Part shown: piece after piece, positions 29,914 to 39,406 of the stretch
How positions within the stretch are numbered: the first letter of the stretch is position 1
Layout: each line of letters begins with the position of its first letter
NCBI GenBank assembly: GCA_019058315.1
Contig: JAHPZH010000005.1
Span: 32,001 to 96,000 of the forward strand
Length of the DNA: 64,000 bases
From: Candidatus Helarchaeota archaeon
GTDB lineage: Archaea; Asgardarchaeota; Lokiarchaeia; Helarchaeales; RDOG01
Direction of reading: 5' to 3'
Notes under the pieces: generated by a model
What the model was told of the DNA's origin: nothing
The model's input: only the letters and a program-made list of their open reading frames with translations
Databases searched by the model: none
Made by a program: the position numbers and the translations under genes

Positions 29914-31344
29914 CTAATCCAGTTTGGGTTTCTTATCTTGCCAAGGAGCTAATTCTTCAAATGCTTTTGAGACTTGAAGCACCTTTAAATCATCGTACTT
30001 ACTTCCAACAATCTGCATACCAATCGGAAGACCTTCAGTAGACCAACCAGCTGGAATAGAAGCCGCTGGGAGACCGGTCATGTTAAAAGGATATGTAAAG
30101 CTCATCCATGAAAGTGGAGATGCACTTCGACCATCAATTTTTTCAGGATACATTATACCATGTTTAAATGCTGGAACTGCAGTAGTAGGAGTAATTAGTA
30201 AATCATAGCCCTTAAAGAATTTTAAAAGCTTTTCATACATTTTTTTTCTCGTAGCTAATCCAGAAATATAATCAGTAGCTTTTTGATTCAGACCCATTTC
30301 GATTATTTTTACCAAGTTTGGGCTTAAAATATCTTGTTGTTTATTATATGCGGCTTTGAGATCAAAAGCCAAAGTAGGAGCTACTAGATTCATACCAAAT
30401 GCTATTTCTGGGTTCTTGAGTTTGATTTTAGCTTCTTCTACTATCCAACCCAGTTTTTCAAATTTATGAACTGAGTCTACAACATTTTTTCTTACCTCTG
30501 GATCTAGATTTTTACAAAAACCGAGACTTAAAGAGTAGCCAATTTTCAATTTTTTAGGGCTTTCTTTAATTCCTTCATAATAACTAATTTTTTGGTCTGG
30601 CAATGCTTCCTGGTCTGCATAATATGGTTGTTTCATAACATCCAGCATTAATGCAGCATCTTCAACATATCTAGCTATAGGTCCAAAATCAGACAGAAGA
30701 GCAAATCCCATTGCAATTCTAGGATAGTGCGGTATTCTTCCATGAGTTGGTTTAATACCAAAAGCACCACATAGACAAGAAGGGATTCTTACAGAACCAC
30801 CGCCATCAGAACCTTGAGCAAGAGGACTTAACCCACTAACAACTGCAGCTGCCGCACCTCCGCTTGATCCACCAGATGTTCTATCAAGATTCCATGGATT
30901 ATTCGTCTTTCCAAAAATTAGATTATCAGTGATTGCTTGATGACCAAATTCTGGAGTGTTAGTCTTGCCTAGTATTACACAACCAGCGTCTTTTAATCGT
31001 TTTACAGCAATATCATCCTCTTCAGGAATATGATTTTCATAAAGTTTTGAACCAAATGTAGTTCTTACTCCTTTTACTGCTGTTAAATCTTTTATTGATG
31101 TAGGAACACCATTTAGAGTACTAATTTTTTTACTATTTTTAACAGCATCATCAGCGTTTTTTGCTTGTTCTCTAGCCATATCAAAAGTAGGAGTACAATA
31201 AGCATTAATTTTAGGATTGATTTTTTCTATTCTTTCTATGAATGCTTCAGTTATTTCCACTGCAGAAATCTCTTGTCTTTTAATTAAATCTATGATATTA
31301 CAGGCAGATAGAAAGTAAATATCTTCTTTTTTCATTTTAAACAC
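29914..31344 (-). CDS. Amidase signature family protein
   Basis: GVPTSIKD (Lys), GKTNTPEFG, GGSSGGAAAAV, GSDGGGSVRIPS (Ser-cisSer-Lys triad). Confidence 0.95.
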   Translation of the reverse strand: MFKMKKEDIYFLSACNIIDLIKRQEISAVEITEAFIERIEKINPKINAYCTPTFDMAREQAKNADDAVKNSKKISTLNGVPTSIKDLTAVKGVRTTFGSKLYENHIPEEDDIAVKRLKDAGCVILGKTNTPEFGHQAITDNLIFGKTNNPWNLDRTSGGSSGGAAAAVVSGLSPLAQGSDGGGSVRIPSCLCGAFGIKPTHGRIPHYPRIAMGFALLSDFGPIARYVEDAALMLDVMKQPYYADQEALPDQKISYYEGIKESPKKLKIGYSLSLGFCKNLDPEVRKNVVDSVHKFEKLGWIVEEAKIKLKNPEIAFGMNLVAPTLAFDLKAAYNKQQDILSPNLVKIIEMGLNQKATDYISGLATRKKMYEKLLKFFKGYDLLITPTTAVPAFKHGIMYPEKIDGRSASPLSWMSFTYPFNMTGLPAASIPAGWSTEGLPIGMQIVGSKYDDLKVLQVSKAFEELAPWQDKKPKLD

Positions 31345-31558
31345 TTTTTAATTCAATATTTTTAAAATTCATATGGTTATTTATCAAATTTTCAATTTAT
31401 AAAAGAAGTTATCTATTTCTTTTTCCAACAAATTTTTTCCATTTTATTAAGTTATTTAACCAATTTCAAACTGAAACCTAAAATAATTAAATAAAAAATC
31501 TTTTTTAATAATTTAATTATTAGTTCAAATTGATGACGATTATAAAATAATAGAGTAG

Positions 31559-32239
31559 ATGATTGTGTCGATTTTCTGGCTTCTTAGAATTATTTTTATA
31601 ATTATTTTTTTTATGTTAATTCTAATTAATGGTCATTTTTTAACAAATCGTCAGAAATATGAGCATATTCTTAATAATAGATCTTTGAATATTTTTTTTG
31701 TAGCTTTATACAATGCATGCTGTTATTTATCAGCAGGGCTCCTTCCTTCAGATCCTAATGTAGTTCATCCGCCTCTATTTTTTAAAAGTCAATTAATTAT
31801 TATTGGTTTTCAATTTCTCGGGGTATTAAATTTAATTCTTGGATTTTTACTTCTTATAAAAACAGTCTTAATGCGTAAGACTATTGGAGCTGAGGAAACT
31901 GAAGGAGGATTAATAACTAATGGAATATACGTTTATTTCCGCCATCCAATTTATACAGGAATTTTTTTAATCTCTTTTGCTATAGCTTTAAATTCCATCA
32001 ATTTAGATGGAATGCTTATATTGCCATTTATTTTTTTAGCTAATTTACTCCAAGCAAAAATTGAAGAAAAATATGATGTAGGCAAAATTTTTAAGGAAGA
32101 ATATGAAGAATATCGGAAAAAGACAAGAATGTTTGGTCCCTTATGGCTTTGGTTAATTATATTGACGATTTTTGTTTTACTAATGATGGTTTCTTACTTT
32201 ACTTATTTACCCACCTTAACTGATTTCATACTTTTCTAA
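31559..32239 (+). CDS. Isoprenylcysteine carboxylmethyltransferase/PEMT family membrane protein
   Basis: LITNGIYVYFRHPIYTG, EE, YEEYRKKT. Confidence 0.88.
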   Translation: MIVSIFWLLRIIFIIIFFMLILINGHFLTNRQKYEHILNNRSLNIFFVALYNACCYLSAGLLPSDPNVVHPPLFFKSQLIIIGFQFLGVLNLILGFLLLIKTVLMRKTIGAEETEGGLITNGIYVYFRHPIYTGIFLISFAIALNSINLDGMLILPFIFLANLLQAKIEEKYDVGKIFKEEYEEYRKKTRMFGPLWLWLIILTIFVLLMMVSYFTYLPTLTDFILF

Positions 32240-32242
32240 GAT

Positions 32243-32701
32243 CTACAAATTCCATTTCTCAAAATATACATGCTTTAATTTTTCATGTATTGGTTCAACT
32301 TTAAATTGTTTGTAACCTAATTTTTTATATAAATAGATATTTTTCTCGCTCTTATGGCCAGTAAATAATTCATATTTTTTAATATCTTTAAAATTATGTT
32401 CAATTTCATTCATTAATTTAGAACCGATTCCTTGATTTTGAAAATCGGGATGAACAATTAATCTTCCAATATGGCAAGTGTCTCCTTCTTTATAACCTCT
32501 TACAGAACCAACGATTTTATTATCAATTACGGCTTTTAGAAAAGTCTGTTGAGGAAAGACATTTTTCATCTCCTCAATCGTTTCAATTAATGGAGGAATA
32601 GTATAATCATTATAAATTTTAGCTTGCACTTGAAAAGCAATTTTTTGTAAATTAAGTATATCTTCCAGATCTTCGCTTTCTACTTTTTCTATTTTTATAA
32701 T
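32243..32701 (-). CDS. GNAT family N-acetyltransferase (probable ATT/ATA start)
   Basis: IGRLIVHPDFQNQGIGSKLM acetyl-CoA motif, NIYLYKKLGY. The frame stays open upstream of GTG 32629 (IIKIEKVESEDLEDILNLQKIAFQ) to a TAA at 32704-32702. Confidence 0.88.
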   Translation of the reverse strand: MIKIEKVESEDLEDILNLQKIAFQVQAKIYNDYTIPPLIETIEEMKNVFPQQTFLKAVIDNKIVGSVRGYKEGDTCHIGRLIVHPDFQNQGIGSKLMNEIEHNFKDIKKYELFTGHKSEKNIYLYKKLGYKQFKVEPIHEKLKHVYFEKWNL

Positions 32702-32729
32702 TTAAGACGACCTTTTATAATTTATTAAA

Positions 32730-34847
32730 TTAATTTATCTTTTCTAACCTTACTTTAATTCCATCTAATAAAACCATTCCCGCAAAAGTCTCTAAATTCT
32801 TCCAATTATCGTCAGTTATCAAATTTATATTATAACCACGTTTTTCCTTTGCAATCCCCTCAGGGGGATTTTCCACTGTTCTTCCCCAGCCATGTGGTAT
32901 CCAAATAACACCCTTCATAAGATCATCTATGATTTTTATGGGAATATCTATGGAATTAATTCTACTTTTTACACGAATAATTTGATAATCTTCAACTTCT
33001 AGACTTCTTGCATCCTCAGGATGGATATAGCAATAATTTGTACCTTCCTTTAAATGTAACCAACTATTTATCGTTTCTATATCTCTCCCTGAAATTAAAT
33101 AATATGGAAATTCATTATCATATGGACCTTTCCATTTTCTAAATTTTTCAAATTCATCTATGTAGTCTTTTGGAACTAAATCTATTAATTTATCAGATGT
33201 TTGGAGCTTATCTGGAAGTAAAACATTATATTGAATCTTTTTCTCTTCATTTAGAAAAATTCCCCTTTCAGATTTCATTAAATTCTTGATTTTTTTTCGG
33301 TCTGCTCTTGATAAAATAGATTTAAAAATAGTAATTGGAGGACCACCTATAGTTGGTAATCCCATTTTTTTTCCTAATAGATTAAAAATCTCCCATTCTG
33401 GTTTTTGTTCGGAATCAGGTTGCACTACAGGATCAGAATAACTTGCAAACGGTATAGGGTTAAATGAAGTTGTTGTTAAAGTTAAATCTTCTCTTTCCAA
33501 AAAAGTCACTGCAGGTAGAATATAATCAGCTAAACTTCCCGTATCATTCATGTAAAAATCTATAGAGACTAATAATTCTAATTTTTTAAATGCTTTTTCA
33601 AGTTTTTTTGTGTTTGGACAACTAACTAAGGGATCACCCGCGACAATGAGCATAGCTTTTATTTGATCATCTCCAGGCGTCAATATTTCATCTGCCATTA
33701 ATGCTGCTGGATAAGTTCCCATTAAACTTCGAAATTTACCAATTCTGCTAAGGTTTGCACCTTTATCTGCAACTTTGCCAGTTACTTCTGAAGTTTCAAG
33801 TCCACCTACATTAGAAATACTAAACACATCTATTAAACCAGAACTATAAAAATTTCCCTTTTTATCTATATTTCCAGTAATAAAATTAAATACATCAATT
33901 GCCCAAGCTAGCAATGTAGCAAAAGATCCGCGATCAGTCCCTGCTCTTCCATAAACTGATGCGCCACCTTTTTTGGATGCTTCTAGAAAGTCATTTACAA
34001 TTTTTATTATGTTTTCTTTAGAAATACATGTTATTTTAGCAATTTGATTTAGATCCCCACCAAATTCTTTTGCGATTTTTCGTAATTCATCGATTCCCTT
34101 AGAATACTTCCTAATGAATTCTTTATCTTCAAGATCATTTTCTAAAACATAGTTGATCATACCAAAAAGCAGGTAGATGTCAGTATTTGGACAAATAAAA
34201 TGATGATCGCCGATTTTTTTTGCAATAGGTATTTTTCTGGGATTGATCCAGACAATTTTGCAACCTCGTTTCTCCATTTCTTTTAAACGTTGAGCTGGGC
34301 GGGGAAAAACAACAAAACTAAAATGTGAAGCCCCGGGATTTGTTCCAAGTGCTAAGAAATAGTCTATATTTGCAAAATCTGGAACTATTATAATGAGATT
34401 TGAACCATAAAAACGTTTAGAATGAGCAAATTTATTATTACAATCTTGAGAACCAGCAGAATAAATATTTCGGGAACCTAAGAATCTCATAAATGCTTGG
34501 GTATAAATTGCAGCAGAATAGGAAAAAGCTACGGGATTCCCAAAGTACATCCCAATAGATTTAGGACCGAATGTATTCTTTATTTTTAATAATTTTTCCC
34601 CTATCTCATTTATGGCTTGTTCCCAGGATATTCTTTCATACTTACTATCAATTTTTTTCATTGGATATTTAATCCGTTTGGGGTCATATTGAACATTAAG
34701 CATCGAACGACCTTTGATGCACGAATAACCCTTCGAAACTGGGTGATCCTTATCTGCATAGTATTTTAAAATCCTGTTGCTCTCCACTTCTGCAGTAAAA
34801 CCGCAAGATCCTTCACATATTCTGCAATAGGTATACTTTTTTTCCAT
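32730..34847 (-). CDS. Molybdopterin-dependent oxidoreductase (DMSO reductase superfamily)
   Basis: N-term CRICEGSCG...CIKG [4Fe-4S] motif, ADYILPA..FLERED, IHPEDA..., PHGWG. Confidence 0.93.
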   Translation of the reverse strand: MEKKYTYCRICEGSCGFTAEVESNRILKYYADKDHPVSKGYSCIKGRSMLNVQYDPKRIKYPMKKIDSKYERISWEQAINEIGEKLLKIKNTFGPKSIGMYFGNPVAFSYSAAIYTQAFMRFLGSRNIYSAGSQDCNNKFAHSKRFYGSNLIIIVPDFANIDYFLALGTNPGASHFSFVVFPRPAQRLKEMEKRGCKIVWINPRKIPIAKKIGDHHFICPNTDIYLLFGMINYVLENDLEDKEFIRKYSKGIDELRKIAKEFGGDLNQIAKITCISKENIIKIVNDFLEASKKGGASVYGRAGTDRGSFATLLAWAIDVFNFITGNIDKKGNFYSSGLIDVFSISNVGGLETSEVTGKVADKGANLSRIGKFRSLMGTYPAALMADEILTPGDDQIKAMLIVAGDPLVSCPNTKKLEKAFKKLELLVSIDFYMNDTGSLADYILPAVTFLEREDLTLTTTSFNPIPFASYSDPVVQPDSEQKPEWEIFNLLGKKMGLPTIGGPPITIFKSILSRADRKKIKNLMKSERGIFLNEEKKIQYNVLLPDKLQTSDKLIDLVPKDYIDEFEKFRKWKGPYDNEFPYYLISGRDIETINSWLHLKEGTNYCYIHPEDARSLEVEDYQIIRVKSRINSIDIPIKIIDDLMKGVIWIPHGWGRTVENPPEGIAKEKRGYNINLITDDNWKNLETFAGMVLLDGIKVRLEKIN

Positions 34848-34868
34848 TAAAATCACGTAATTCAATTA

Positions 34869-34975
34869 ATTTTTTTTTATTATTTTGAGTTAATTTTTGA
34901 AATATTTTTGATCAACACTAAATTCATACAATTTTTTTTATTATTTTGAGTAAATTTTTGAACTATTTTTAATCA
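34869..34975. repeat. Imperfect ~46-bp direct repeat (period 61 bp)
   Basis: ATTTTTTTTTATTATTTTGAGTTAATTTTTGAAATATTTTTGATCA at 34869-34914 vs AATTTTTTTTATTATTTTGAGTAAATTTTTGAACTATTTTTAATCA at 34930-34975. Confidence 0.75.
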
Positions 34976-35182
34976 CCTATTTTTATCAAATACTTTTAAC
35001 TGCTAGACAATTCGAAATTGAGCACTTTAGAGAAATTCGGGAATTGCAAAGGGTTAAATATAATGATTCCTTCATATATTTAGTAAGTCAGTTAGTTAAT
35101 TTGAATTAAAAATATGAGAGATTTTTAAGTAAGAATAAAAATTAGAAAATATGTGATGCTATTGATTGAAAGTACAAAAAAA

Positions 35183-35350
35183 ATGAAGAAAAAACCGTCT
35201 ATTAGTTTTTATTGTATGAGATGCAATTTATTCTTTGTAGAAGATGGAGAAACATTATTAGACGAAATTAAATGTCCAGAATGTAATACTCATGAGATAT
35301 TTATAGAATTAGAATTTGATGATGAGAAAACTCCTAGTTATATTTCATAA
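35183..35350 (+). CDS. Small zinc-ribbon protein
   Basis: FYCMRCN...IKCPECN, two CxxC pairs. Confidence 0.7.
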   Translation: MKKKPSISFYCMRCNLFFVEDGETLLDEIKCPECNTHEIFIELEFDDEKTPSYIS

Positions 35351-35614
35351 ATGTGAAGTTCTTCAAATTATTTTTTCTATTTGTTTTTTTTTAGATCATA
35401 AGAACCTCAAGCATACCTAACAAAGAATTTTAAATACGAAGAACTTTAATCTAAAAATTTATTTTTTAAATATTGGATAATAATCATTCAAACAAAAATT
35501 TAATCTTAAGAATGAATTTTTAAGTAAATTAATAATTCATAGATTCAATTTTTTTGTAAATTTTTCTTAAAAAGATAAAAACAGATAAAAATTATTAATT
35601 ATAGATGCTTACTG

Positions 35615-36121
35615 ATGCTACTTACTAAAAAATATGTTGACAAGCTTCTTAAGGATATTTATGACTTGCATACCATTAAGGGATGTATTATCGCGAGTAT
35701 TAAGGGTATACCAATTTGTTCATTATTACCTCAGAACATAGATGAAAGAAAAATATCTATATTAGCTACAGTATTGCTATCTATTAGTGAAATGACCGCA
35801 AAAGAATTTAAATTGTTAAGTGATCCAACAGAATTAGCCTCAATGATGAAATTTGGAGAGTATATTTTAACAATAGTGAGAATAGGTGGAATAGCTTTAC
35901 TTATAACTCTAAATAAATATGATATGAGTCATGATGGATTGATAATTAGAAAAATCATAACCAAGATGCATAGTGAAATTAATAGTATATTAAGAACAGG
36001 ACTTACTGAAAAATTAAGAATTATTAAAAGGAAAATTGATGGAGGATACGTTTCATTAACAAATTTACAAGAATTAAATACAGTAGTAGATGAGATTAAT
36101 GAAATAATAAAAGAACTTTAA
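35615..36121 (+). CDS. Roadblock/LC7 (MglB-like) domain protein
   Basis: IKGCIIASIKGIPICSLLPQNIDERKISILATVLLSISE...ALLITL. Confidence 0.85.
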   Translation: MLLTKKYVDKLLKDIYDLHTIKGCIIASIKGIPICSLLPQNIDERKISILATVLLSISEMTAKEFKLLSDPTELASMMKFGEYILTIVRIGGIALLITLNKYDMSHDGLIIRKIITKMHSEINSILRTGLTEKLRIIKRKIDGGYVSLTNLQELNTVVDEINEIIKEL

Positions 36122-36330
36122 ATTCTTTGCATTATTATAAATATTTAAATAAGAAGCACTTTATACAAAAGTGATTATTTTTATAAAAAGGATAATAATC
36201 ATTAAGACTAAAATATAAGACTAAAGTTCAATCTAAAAAAATTACGATAATAACAACTTAGAGATGAAAAATTAATAAGAACTTAACAAAAAATTAACAA
36301 GAATTATAATAAATTAGGGGTGAATATTAA

Positions 36331-37899
36331 ATGCCATTATTAAATAGAGCACATGAGAAGCTTTTATCGAGAAAGTTAAAGGCAGATGATTTACCTTATG
36401 TTACTTCCATTAAATTTAAAGAATTAACTAAAGTTAAAGAAAGTATTGTTGGTAAACCCATTCTTTGTTCAAGTTGTAAAGCAGCACTTACCAATCCAGC
36501 TATGGTAAAAATAGACCAAAAAGTTGGACATCATTTTATATGCGAATTTTGTGGCACATTGAATGTCGTGGATCCTAAGGATTTACCTTCTGGTTCATGG
36601 ACAGATCTTGATTATATTATAGAAACAAAAACGGAACCGAAGGATGTTACTAAGTTAAAAATAACAGGTGATAATATAACTTCAGTTATTGATATTTCTG
36701 GCTCAATGTCGGATGGTAAATTAGAGGCTGTAAAGCGAAGTTTGGTCGAGACAGTTCGAGATTTAAAAGTAAATTCTCCTGGATCACATTTTTCTTTGAT
36801 TACATTCGAATCTAGTGTTCGACTACTTTCGCATAAAGGAAAGGAAGTCCTAAAACTTTCTGGGGATACACTTCATTCAAAAAAGGATATAATCAAGCGT
36901 TTTCAAAAAGCAGATCTTGACTTTGTTCCAATCTCAGATACTGCTGATAGATGGATTGATATGATTAATCAAATGATGCCAATGGATATGACAGCACTAG
37001 GTCCAGCTTTATTAGGGGGAGTAACACTCTTAGGGCGAGCTGGGACTGGTGGGCGACTTATATTACTTACTGATGGGATGGCTAACCAAGGTTTGGGAAA
37101 TTTAGAAACACCAACTTCATCTGGTAAAAAATTCTATGATGAAATGGGTGATTTATGTCTCAATCATAATATAATAGTTGAAGTAGTCGGCGTTCAGAGC
37201 CATGAAGGTGCTAGTGAATTAGGTTTAGATGTTCTAGGACATTTAGCAGATAAAACTGGTGGAGATATATTTTTTGTTACCCGAGAAGAACTTAAAGATG
37301 CATTTGAGAAAATGCGATCCGTTGAATATCTTGCGAAAAATGTTTCTGTTAGCGTTATTGCACCAAAAAAGAGGTTAAAACTTCGAAGCGTATCAGGAGT
37401 TTCGGTCCCTAAAACAGCAGGCCCCATTGAGGTTGGTGCTGTAACTAAAGATCGAGAAATCTTTTATGAAATGGAAACACTTGATGATCTAAAAGAAGAA
37501 GAAGTCCCGGTTCAAACCCAAATTATGTATAAGGATAAAGAAGGAAACACACATTTACGAATTATTAATGAAAAATTAAAAACAACAAAAGATGAAAAAG
37601 AATACAACAAGAAATATAATTTAAACCTAACTACGACTTATAACGTGCAAAAAGCCGGTGAATCGTATTATAAATCGGATGTAAAGGCCGCGAAATCTCA
37701 ATTAAAAGCTTATCAAACCAAAATTAAAAATTTAGCTGCTGGTGGACCAATGCCAGCTGCGGCTGAAGCAGTAATTGCTAAGTTAGATGATGAGATGGAA
37801 GAAATAGATAAAGAAGAAGAGAAAGTAGAAAAATTTAAGGGTAAAAAATCCTATCGCGCAAGTATAGCTCAAAAAATGAAACGAAGATTATCAGAATAA
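36331..37899 (+). CDS. Sec23/Sec24-like protein (zinc finger + VWA trunk + beta-sandwich + helical tail)
   Basis: PILCSSCKAAL...FICEFCGTLNVV Zn finger; VIDISGSM MIDAS; TALGPAL; LLTDGMANQGLG; LADKTGG. Confidence 0.8.
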   Translation: MPLLNRAHEKLLSRKLKADDLPYVTSIKFKELTKVKESIVGKPILCSSCKAALTNPAMVKIDQKVGHHFICEFCGTLNVVDPKDLPSGSWTDLDYIIETKTEPKDVTKLKITGDNITSVIDISGSMSDGKLEAVKRSLVETVRDLKVNSPGSHFSLITFESSVRLLSHKGKEVLKLSGDTLHSKKDIIKRFQKADLDFVPISDTADRWIDMINQMMPMDMTALGPALLGGVTLLGRAGTGGRLILLTDGMANQGLGNLETPTSSGKKFYDEMGDLCLNHNIIVEVVGVQSHEGASELGLDVLGHLADKTGGDIFFVTREELKDAFEKMRSVEYLAKNVSVSVIAPKKRLKLRSVSGVSVPKTAGPIEVGAVTKDREIFYEMETLDDLKEEEVPVQTQIMYKDKEGNTHLRIINEKLKTTKDEKEYNKKYNLNLTTTYNVQKAGESYYKSDVKAAKSQLKAYQTKIKNLAAGGPMPAAAEAVIAKLDDEMEEIDKEEEKVEKFKGKKSYRASIAQKMKRRLSE

Positions 37900-37931
37900 A
37901 TATTTTTTACTTTTTTTTATTTTTTTTAATT

Positions 37932-38861
37932 TTAAAAATTTCTTAATTTTATTAGTTTTAATACGTGCTCCCCGTTTTTTTCAGTAAATTCATAATAAAC
38001 CCATAATTCATTTTCATATTTTAATCCAAATAAATAACGACAAGAACCTTTACCAAAATCAGAGTGATATGTTGGTTCTTCCAAGCTTTGGATTTTTAGA
38101 TTTTTTGGTGAAGATCCGGTTAAAACACCAGATTTTTCTTCACATAAACCAGATTCTTGATCCGTTCCATCGAAAAATCCAAAGTATTGATCATTGAATT
38201 CGAAAATTGATGTTAATCGAATCATATAACTAGCCCATTTACAATCCTTTAAATTAACGAACACATCTCCATTCCATTTGAAGGAAATTCCATCTTGGCT
38301 CGTTAAGAGACCGCTTGATCCCCAAGGTTTTTTCCAAAATCGAAAATAATCGATATAGAGATGAATTTTATCATTAAAAACAGATACAATAGGATCTTTA
38401 ATGCTAAGTCTATGAAAACGGGGCAAATTCCATTTTATCTTTTGTATTTTTTTCGAATCAAAATTCGAGGGATCTCTTGCTACAATTTTTTTAATCTGCC
38501 ATCTAGGAATTATGGCATTAGATTCATATGAAAAAAATAAATTATATTTATCTTGAATTTTAATCATCGATGCTCCTTCGATGCTTTTTACATCAATTTC
38601 TTTTTTTCCCATTTCCCAAATTACTTTAAAATCAGTGCCATTTATTGACTCTAGAATTTGACATTTATACCCTCTATGAGTATCACTGGGTAATACTTTT
38701 CCCTTCTTCGGTCTAGGATTACGAATTCTTACATATAAATAGAATTTCTCGAAATCTTTATCAAAAAAAATTGAAGATGCACCAATCCAATACCCTTTTC
38801 CTTTTCCCTCAGGTTCTAAAATGGTGGTTCCTTCTTGCGGATTAAAAAGAAAGTTATCCAT
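37932..38861 (-). CDS. Five-bladed beta-propeller glycoside-hydrolase-like protein
   Basis: GKGYWIGASS, FYLYVRIR, ES.NG.DF, IKDP, TSQDGISFKW, SCRY, VYYE. Confidence 0.6.
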   Translation of the reverse strand: MDNFLFNPQEGTTILEPEGKGKGYWIGASSIFFDKDFEKFYLYVRIRNPRPKKGKVLPSDTHRGYKCQILESINGTDFKVIWEMGKKEIDVKSIEGASMIKIQDKYNLFFSYESNAIIPRWQIKKIVARDPSNFDSKKIQKIKWNLPRFHRLSIKDPIVSVFNDKIHLYIDYFRFWKKPWGSSGLLTSQDGISFKWNGDVFVNLKDCKWASYMIRLTSIFEFNDQYFGFFDGTDQESGLCEEKSGVLTGSSPKNLKIQSLEEPTYHSDFGKGSCRYLFGLKYENELWVYYEFTEKNGEHVLKLIKLRNF

Positions 38862-38900
38862 TTAAATCCATCTGATACCAATAAATTAAGCTTTGAATTA

Positions 38901-39284
38901 TTAGCGTAATGATTTAGATCTATAATCCTGATAAATGTCCCAAATTCCATCTATTATAGAAAGGACAATAATTAATATTTTAAAGAAAATTGTATCAGGA
39001 TATACGAGAATTGAGTAAATTGCAATAAATGGGAGCGTAAACACATATGGACCGTGTTCAATATAAGTTCCTCCTATGGGAGATTCGCCATGTCTAATAT
39101 GCCTTTCATCCACAATATCCTTCCAAATTAAAATACCCAAAATGCTTAAACCAAACGTTATAAATATTGAATCAATTACATAATAAGCTCTTGCGGTCCA
39201 TTGTTGAAGATTTAGGATAACAATATAACCAATTAAGTGAATTAAACCAAGCAAAATTGAGATGATATAGTATTTGATTCTCAT
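38901..39284 (-). CDS. Small membrane protein
   Basis: 127 aa with about 4 hydrophobic helices. Confidence 0.7.
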   Translation of the reverse strand: MRIKYYIISILLGLIHLIGYIVILNLQQWTARAYYVIDSIFITFGLSILGILIWKDIVDERHIRHGESPIGGTYIEHGPYVFTLPFIAIYSILVYPDTIFFKILIIVLSIIDGIWDIYQDYRSKSLR

Positions 39285-39406
39285 TAAATCTATTTCCTAA
39301 TAGTCTGGAATTTTTTCATTTTTTAACTTGTTCAAATCTAAGAAATATCATATAATTGAAAAAAAAATGTTTCGTTAGTACTGATGAAAAAAAATCAAAT
39401 GTTGAG

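Noticed and set aside
29914-31344. gatA
   Set aside because: No gatB/gatC nearby; a generic amidase-signature enzyme is the safer call.
31559-32239. ICMT acting on the prenylated Rab-like GTPase
   Set aside because: The family is widespread in prokaryotes and the GTPase has no C-terminal Cys.
34869-34975. CRISPR array
   Set aside because: Only two imperfect AT-rich copies, a ~15-bp spacer and no cas genes.
36203-36305. Short repeats (TAAGACTAAA x2, TTAACAA x2) upstream of the Sec23/24-like gene
   Set aside because: Too short in very AT-rich DNA to distinguish from chance.
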